From: Acidobacteriota bacterium | GTDB taxonomy: Bacteria; Acidobacteriota; UBA6911; RPQK01; JAJDTT01 | NCBI GenBank assembly: GCA_965263035.1 | Contig: OZ253580.1 | Coordinates: 4,960,001-5,024,000 of the forward strand | DNA length: 64,000 nucleotides | Direction of reading: 5' to 3' | In this document: positions 59,321 to 64,000 of the stretch, one piece after another | Layout of the letters: each line of letters begins with the position of its first letter | Numbering within the stretch: the stretch's first letter is position 1 | The notes under the pieces: generated by a model | The model's database searches: none | What the model saw: the letters and a program-made list of their open reading frames with translations, nothing else | Told to the model about the DNA's origin: nothing | Translations under genes and position numbers: made by a program

Positions 59321-60321
59321 GACTCCGAGTAGCGACCGCGTCGGGCAAGCTCGCCGGCCTGGAGCCGGTCGAGGACCAGATCGTAAAGGGCAGGAACCGT
59401 CGCCGCATGGTTCCCTTGCACGTAGAAGCTCTCCCCGCCGTCGGCCACGGTTCGTACCAGGATGGTCTTGAAAGGCCGGAAGTAGTATCTGGGGTCCGAC
59501 TTGCCGGCCTCCCGGGAGGTGTCCCCCAGAGGGACCAGGTCGAAGACGGCAGTGGTGAAGTTGGCGATGCGCCGGCCTTCCCGGTGAGCGACGTTTCGGG
59601 CCATGGCCAGGGCCTTCAGGTAGATCTCCGGTCCCATGACGGCGGACCCGATGTTGAGGAAGATTCCCCCCTCCAGTTGGGCCACCGATTCGGCGAAGAT
59701 CAGGAAGTCGGTATAGGAGGCCGCCCCGGTGGCGGCTCCATCGAATCCCGGATGCTGGTGGACGATGTCCTGGCCGATGGAGACATGGACCGTGGCCGGG
59801 ACCCCGAGCCGGTAGGCCGCGGCCAAAACGCTCTGGTTCCGGTAGGGGAGGGACTCCTCCTGGATCATTCGTCCCACCGCCTCCCCCAAGCCGATTCGTT
59901 CTCGCGCCGCAGCCGACGCAGCCTCGTTGATGCGCCCGGTCTCCTGCCAGAGTCCGAACTGCCCTTCGGCTACGTAACGGGCCACACTCTCGCAGGTCTC
60001 GTCCACCAGCGCCAGTTCGAAGTCGTGAATGGCTCCGGCGCCATTGAGGGCCAAATGACCGAGGACTCCCCGCTCCATGAGATCGATGAGCAGCGGAGCG
60101 TTGCCCTCCCGCAGGACATGGGCGCCGCAGGCGAAGATGACGGATCGGCCCGCTTGTGAGGCGTCCACCATGCGCCGGGCCAGTGTGGGCAGTGCCGGAT
60201 GCTCGAAGGGCTCTCGATCCCCTCCCGGAGTCTTCAGCACGTCCTCTGCCTTCAGGTCGTGGGTACGCCGGCTCAGGGGGAGAAGCCGCAGGCGGCTGCG
60301 GTCGAACTGGGGGAAGGGCAA
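59317..60321 (-). CDS. Conserved hypothetical protein, deoxyhypusine-synthase-like fold
   Basis: GAHV, LALNGAGAIHDFELAL, GQFG..ET, PATVHVSIGQDIVHQHP, NIGSAVMGPEIYLKAL. Confidence 0.65.
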   Translation of the reverse strand: MPFPQFDRSRLRLLPLSRRTHDLKAEDVLKTPGGDREPFEHPALPTLARRMVDASQAGRSVIFACGAHVLREGNAPLLIDLMERGVLGHLALNGAGAIHDFELALVDETCESVARYVAEGQFGLWQETGRINEAASAAARERIGLGEAVGRMIQEESLPYRNQSVLAAAYRLGVPATVHVSIGQDIVHQHPGFDGAATGAASYTDFLIFAESVAQLEGGIFLNIGSAVMGPEIYLKALAMARNVAHREGRRIANFTTAVFDLVPLGDTSREAGKSDPRYYFRPFKTILVRTVADGGESFYVQGNHAATVPALYDLVLDRLQAGELARRGRYSES

Positions 60322-60324
60322 TCT

Positions 60325-61182
60325 TCACGCTCGCTGGAAGAGGCAGCGGATGAGGACTCTCCAGTCCCGGAAGTCGGGAACCAAGAGGTCGGCGCCCGCC
60401 GCGCTCAACCGGGTTCGTTTCCAAGGGTCGGGAGCGCCGCCGGGATTGGCTTCGTCGGTGGCTAGGGCAACGGCGATCCCGCCGCACGATTTCACGTTCT
60501 CGATCTCCACGTAGCCGTCCCCGAATCCCACCAGAGAGGCGCCGTCGATCCGGTGCTCCCGGAGGATTCGTTCGATGACCCTTCGCTTGGAGTGGTTCGC
60601 GTAGTCTTCCCGGGCGCCGTAGATGTGGTTTCCGAAGAATCCGTCCAACTCCAGGAGGCGAGCTTCTTCGCGGACGTACTGCTCATCGGTACCGCTGGCC
60701 AGGTAGAGTTGGACGTCCCGCTCCCGGAGGGCGCGCAACATCCGGACCGTTCCCGGAACCAGATAGTCGGCGGGGCGGGCCTTGCCGGTGCGCAGGCGCC
60801 GGCGCCGGTGGCGGATCTTCTCCATCAGAAGGTCCAGATACCGGCTCTTGTATTCCTGGGGATCAGCAGGTGTGCCCCCTCTTTTTTCCAACTCCTTCGC
60901 CAGCCGGATCATCTGATAGATGGTCTGCCGGCCCGTCAGCTCGGTGACGAAGTCGGTGACCACACGCTCCAACTCCTCATCGCTTTCGCCGGTGCCGCTC
61001 TGCTTCAGGATGGCCACCATCATGGGGGTCATGACCTGGGGCCAACCTTCGCGGATCAGGCTGAGGGTGCCGTCGAAGTCGAAAAGGGCGCAACGGGGGG
61101 GCTGGGTCCGGGAGACGTCCCGGAGCACCTCGACGGTGGACCCCTCCAGAAAACCCGGCGTCGCAGAAGTCGTCAGCGCCAT
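60325..61182 (-). CDS. HAD-superfamily hydrolase
   Basis: LFDFDGTLS, LASGT, SK, GFGDGYVEI motifs I-IV. Confidence 0.9.
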   Translation of the reverse strand: MALTTSATPGFLEGSTVEVLRDVSRTQPPRCALFDFDGTLSLIREGWPQVMTPMMVAILKQSGTGESDEELERVVTDFVTELTGRQTIYQMIRLAKELEKRGGTPADPQEYKSRYLDLLMEKIRHRRRRLRTGKARPADYLVPGTVRMLRALRERDVQLYLASGTDEQYVREEARLLELDGFFGNHIYGAREDYANHSKRRVIERILREHRIDGASLVGFGDGYVEIENVKSCGGIAVALATDEANPGGAPDPWKRTRLSAAGADLLVPDFRDWRVLIRCLFQRA

Positions 61183-61331
61183 GATGAAGAAAAGGATACC
61201 GTCAAAGATCAGCGGATGCGAACTTGTCCACCCCCGGTTTCGAGGCGGTGCGGGACGGGCGAATCCGTTGTGTTCCAGGGACCGGTGACGGCCTTGTGAG
61301 GCGCAGCCGACTGGGCTATGGTGATCCGGCG

Positions 61332-61829
61332 ATGTCTCGGGAACCGGACGAAGACCGAAGCTGGCGAGGGAAGGTGGGGAAGCTGTCCCTGGAGGAACTG
61401 GAGGAATTCCTTTCCGGAGACCCCATTTGCCGGCTCGGTTGTCTGGACCGGGAGGGGTGGCCCTACGTGGTGCCGTGCTGGTTCGAGTACCGGGACGGAG
61501 GCTTCTACATCATTCCACGAGCCCGTTCCGCCTGGGCCAGGCACATTCAGCGGGAGCCCCGGGTGTTTCTGTGCATCGATGACTCCACCCGTTACAATCG
61601 GAGGGTTCTGGTGCGGGGCGAGGCTGAGGTCATGGAAGAGCCCAACGTGGGGGGAAGATGGGTCGAGATCGCCCGCAGAATGTCGCTGCGCTATCTGGGA
61701 GACCGGGGCCCGGACTATCTGGTTCCGACTCTGAACGAGCCCAGATGGCTGTTGTTTGTCCTACCCCGCAAGCTCATGAGCTGGCAAGGGGTCGATTGGG
61801 CCAAACGATACAAGCACCGCGAATGGTAG
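61332..61829 (+). CDS. Pyridoxamine 5'-phosphate oxidase (split-barrel flavin/F420-binding) family protein
   Basis: EELEEFL, RLGC..GWPYVVPCWF, EPRVFLCID, VLVRGEAE. Confidence 0.85.
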   Translation: MSREPDEDRSWRGKVGKLSLEELEEFLSGDPICRLGCLDREGWPYVVPCWFEYRDGGFYIIPRARSAWARHIQREPRVFLCIDDSTRYNRRVLVRGEAEVMEEPNVGGRWVEIARRMSLRYLGDRGPDYLVPTLNEPRWLLFVLPRKLMSWQGVDWAKRYKHREW

Positions 61830-61863
61830 CGGCCTTCGGTCGCCACCGTTCGAGGAGGTTTTT

Positions 61864-62023
61864 CAGTCCGTGGTGAAAGTCCCGCGTAGCACCGAAACCG
61901 GGGCTGCGCCCGCCGGACAAGGCGCTCTGAGGGAGCATACCGGGAGTATGTGACCGAGGAGCAACGCAGTCCGCGCACGATGCAGACCCGGTCGAATGCC
62001 GCGCCGACTTTTGCCACGGGCTG
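61864..62023 (+). mobile_element. MITE-like repeat family A, copy 7
   Basis: CAGTCCGTGGTGAAAGTC...GACTTTTGCCACGGGCTG; flanks TTTT/ATAT. Confidence 0.88.
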
Positions 62024-62061
62024 ATATGTAGCTGATTGTTGGATTTTTTCAGGAGGACGCC

Positions 62062-62250
62062 GTGATGGCTGGACCCAAGGTCGAAGCGATTTATCAGTTG
62101 AATCCGAATCACGTGGACTGGCTCAAGCAGATGGCCGACAAGTACGATCTGGGAGATCAGGACAAGGCTCTGCGGGTGGTCATCGACTATGTGTTGACCG
62201 AGGCCGACGAGTCGACGGTCTTCGAAGACATCCGCTGTCTCTACTGTTAG
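62062..62250 (+). CDS. Small ribbon-helix-helix-like protein with C-terminal RCxxC
   Basis: AGGAGG RBS; WLKQMADKY..DKALRVVIDY..FEDIRCLYC. Confidence 0.7.
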   Translation: MMAGPKVEAIYQLNPNHVDWLKQMADKYDLGDQDKALRVVIDYVLTEADESTVFEDIRCLYC

Positions 62251-62321
62251 TCGTTGTCGGCCGGATCCGGAAGCTCTATTGTTCCGGCCCGGACTGAGCG
62301 GTCAGGCACGCCGCTCTTGAG

Positions 62322-64000
62322 TCATCTCTTCCGGGATTTCCGGATCTTGGCCCAAGCGTCCCGCAGGGTCACGGTGCGGTTGAAGACCAGACTGTCCGGG
62401 GACGAGTCCTCCGAATCCGCACAGAAGTAGCCCAACCGCTCGAACTGAACCCGTTGGCCGCCCTGGGCACACGCGAGGCTGGGCTCAATTTTGCAGTCAT
62501 CAAGGACCTTTAGAGAGTCGGGATTGAGAGTCGAGATGAAGTCCGATCCGGCGCCGGCGTCGTTGGGGTTGTCCCTCGTGAACAGGCTGTCGTAGAGACG
62601 AACCTGGGCGCTTACGGCGTGGGCGGCGGAGACCCAGTGCAGGGTGGCCTTGACCCGGCGCCCGTCGGGTGCGTCTCCTCCCCGCGTGGCCGGGTCGTAG
62701 GTGCAGCGCAACTCCACGACTCGTCCCGCTTCGTCCTTGACGACTCCCACGCAGGTGATGAAGTAGGCGTATCGCAGGCGGACCTCCCGTCCCGGCGCGA
62801 GCCGGTAGAACCTGCGGGGCGGATCCTCCATGAAGTCCTCCCGCTCCAGGTAGAGGACCCGGGAGAAGGGGACCTTCCGGACGCCCGCCTCGGGACATTC
62901 GGGATTGTTGATGGCCGTCAACTCCTCCACCTGGTTCGGGGGATAGTTTTCGATGACCACCCTGAGTGGACGGAGCACCCCCATGACCCGGGGAGAAGTC
63001 TGGTTCAGGTGTTGGCGGAGGCTGTGCTCCAGCATCTGCGATTCCACCACGCTGTCCTTCTTGGAGACCCCGACCCGGGTGCAGAAGTCCCGGATCGCTT
63101 CCGGCGTGTAACCCCGCCGGCGCAGCCCCGAAAGGGTCGGCATGCGGGGATCGTTCCAGCCGCTCACGTACCCCTCCTTCACCAGCCGGGAGAGTCTCCG
63201 CTTACTCAAGATGGTCTTGGTGATATTGAGACGAGCGAACTCGATCTGTTGGGAGCGATAGATTCCCAGGTTCTCCAGGAACCAGTCGTACAGGGGACGA
63301 TGATCTTCGAACTCCAGGGTGCAGATGGAATGAGTGACCTTCTCGATGGAGTCGGACTGGCCGTGGGCGAAGTCATAGGTGGGATAGATGCACCACCTGT
63401 CCCCGGTGCGCGGGTGGGAGGCGTGGAGGATCCGGTACATCACCGGGTCTCGAAGGTTCAGGTTGCCTGAGGCCATGTCGATGCGGGCCCGGAGGACATG
63501 GGCGCCGTTGGGGAACTCTCCCATTCTCATTCGTTCGAACAGGTCCAGGTTCTCTTCCACCGTCCGGTCCCGGTAGGGGCTGTTCCGGCCCGGTTCGGTG
63601 AGAGTGCCCCGGTATTCCCGGATCTGAGTGGCGCTGAGGCTGTCCACATATGCCTTTCCGGCTCGAATGAGCTGAAGGGCGTATTCGTATAGCTGCTCGA
63701 AATAGTCCGAGGCGTGGTAGAGGCGGTCGTCCCAATCGAAGCCGAGCCAGCGCACGTCTTCGAGGATGCTCACCATGTACTCCCGCTCCTCCTTGGTGGG
63801 ATTGGTGTCGTCGAAGCGCATGTTGCAGAGACCGCCGTACTCTTCGGCCAATCCGAAGTCGAGACAGATGGCCTTGGCGTGCCCGATGTGGAGGTATCCG
63901 TTGGGCTCGGGAGGGAATCGGGTTCGGACCCGGCCCTCAAAGCGCCCGGTCTTCAGGTCGTCCTCGAGGATGGCCCGGAGGAAGTCCAATGACCGGGGCG
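62322..64000 (-). CDS. glnS: Glutamine--tRNA ligase (5' end probably outside window)
   Basis: [43 protein letters not shown]. Confidence 0.97.
   Translation of the reverse strand, partial: PRSLDFLRAILEDDLKTGRFEGRVRTRFPPEPNGYLHIGHAKAICLDFGLAEEYGGLCNMRFDDTNPTKEEREYMVSILEDVRWLGFDWDDRLYHASDYFEQLYEYALQLIRAGKAYVDSLSATQIREYRGTLTEPGRNSPYRDRTVEENLDLFERMRMGEFPNGAHVLRARIDMASGNLNLRDPVMYRILHASHPRTGDRWCIYPTYDFAHGQSDSIEKVTHSICTLEFEDHRPLYDWFLENLGIYRSQQIEFARLNITKTILSKRRLSRLVKEGYVSGWNDPRMPTLSGLRRRGYTPEAIRDFCTRVGVSKKDSVVESQMLEHSLRQHLNQTSPRVMGVLRPLRVVIENYPPNQVEELTAINNPECPEAGVRKVPFSRVLYLEREDFMEDPPRRFYRLAPGREVRLRYAYFITCVGVVKDEAGRVVELRCTYDPATRGGDAPDGRRVKATLHWVSAAHAVSAQVRLYDSLFTRDNPNDAGAGSDFISTLNPDSLKVLDDCKIEPSLACAQGGQRVQFERLGYFCADSEDSSPDSLVFNRTVTLRDAWAKIRKSRKR

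Noticed and set aside
58274-60487. 737-aa ORF as a fusion protein
   Set aside because: The N-terminal part is a low-complexity alternate frame over the DHS-like gene; the real kinase starts at ATG 59320.
1375-62023. Repeats as a CRISPR array or integron attC sites
   Set aside because: Copies are dispersed, about 160 bp, with terminal inverted repeats and TSDs; there is no repeat-spacer periodicity, no cas gene, no RYYYAAC/GTTRRRY boxes, and no IntI-specific insertion is apparent in the integrase.

Overview
GC-rich bacterial window, probably Acidobacteriota (inferred from a GWxTD protein, an Oar-like TonB receptor, a CRTAC1/TPR pair and a Planctomycete-type DUF1549/1553/1501 operon). 1-26 kb is a large carbohydrate-use-like locus: four paralogous beta-propeller GH-like proteins, ceramidase-LamG, CehA/McbA, TonB receptor, enolase-family dehydratase and BNR sialidase. 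It is followed by an M16 protease, the cytochrome c-WD40/PPC/DUF1549-1553/DUF1501 operon, a BCCT islet inside a 107-bp direct repeat, peptidases, sulfatase, pyk, an SSS transporter, a HAD/DHS-like/PfkB/NupG operon and glnS. Most notable: (1) a ~6.3-kb tyrosine-integrase island (49364-55625) whose 11-bp att core splits a perfect REP hairpin and whose own att arm resembles a tRNA D/anticodon arm; (2) two families of ~160-bp non-autonomous repeats (8 + 3 copies) with different termini that fold into covarying rod hairpins and share one apex motif; (3) a frameshifted IS with a 6-bp target duplication whose removal restores an island gene. No CRISPR, rRNA or intact tRNA was seen. All calls are from reading the sequence by eye, with no searches run.
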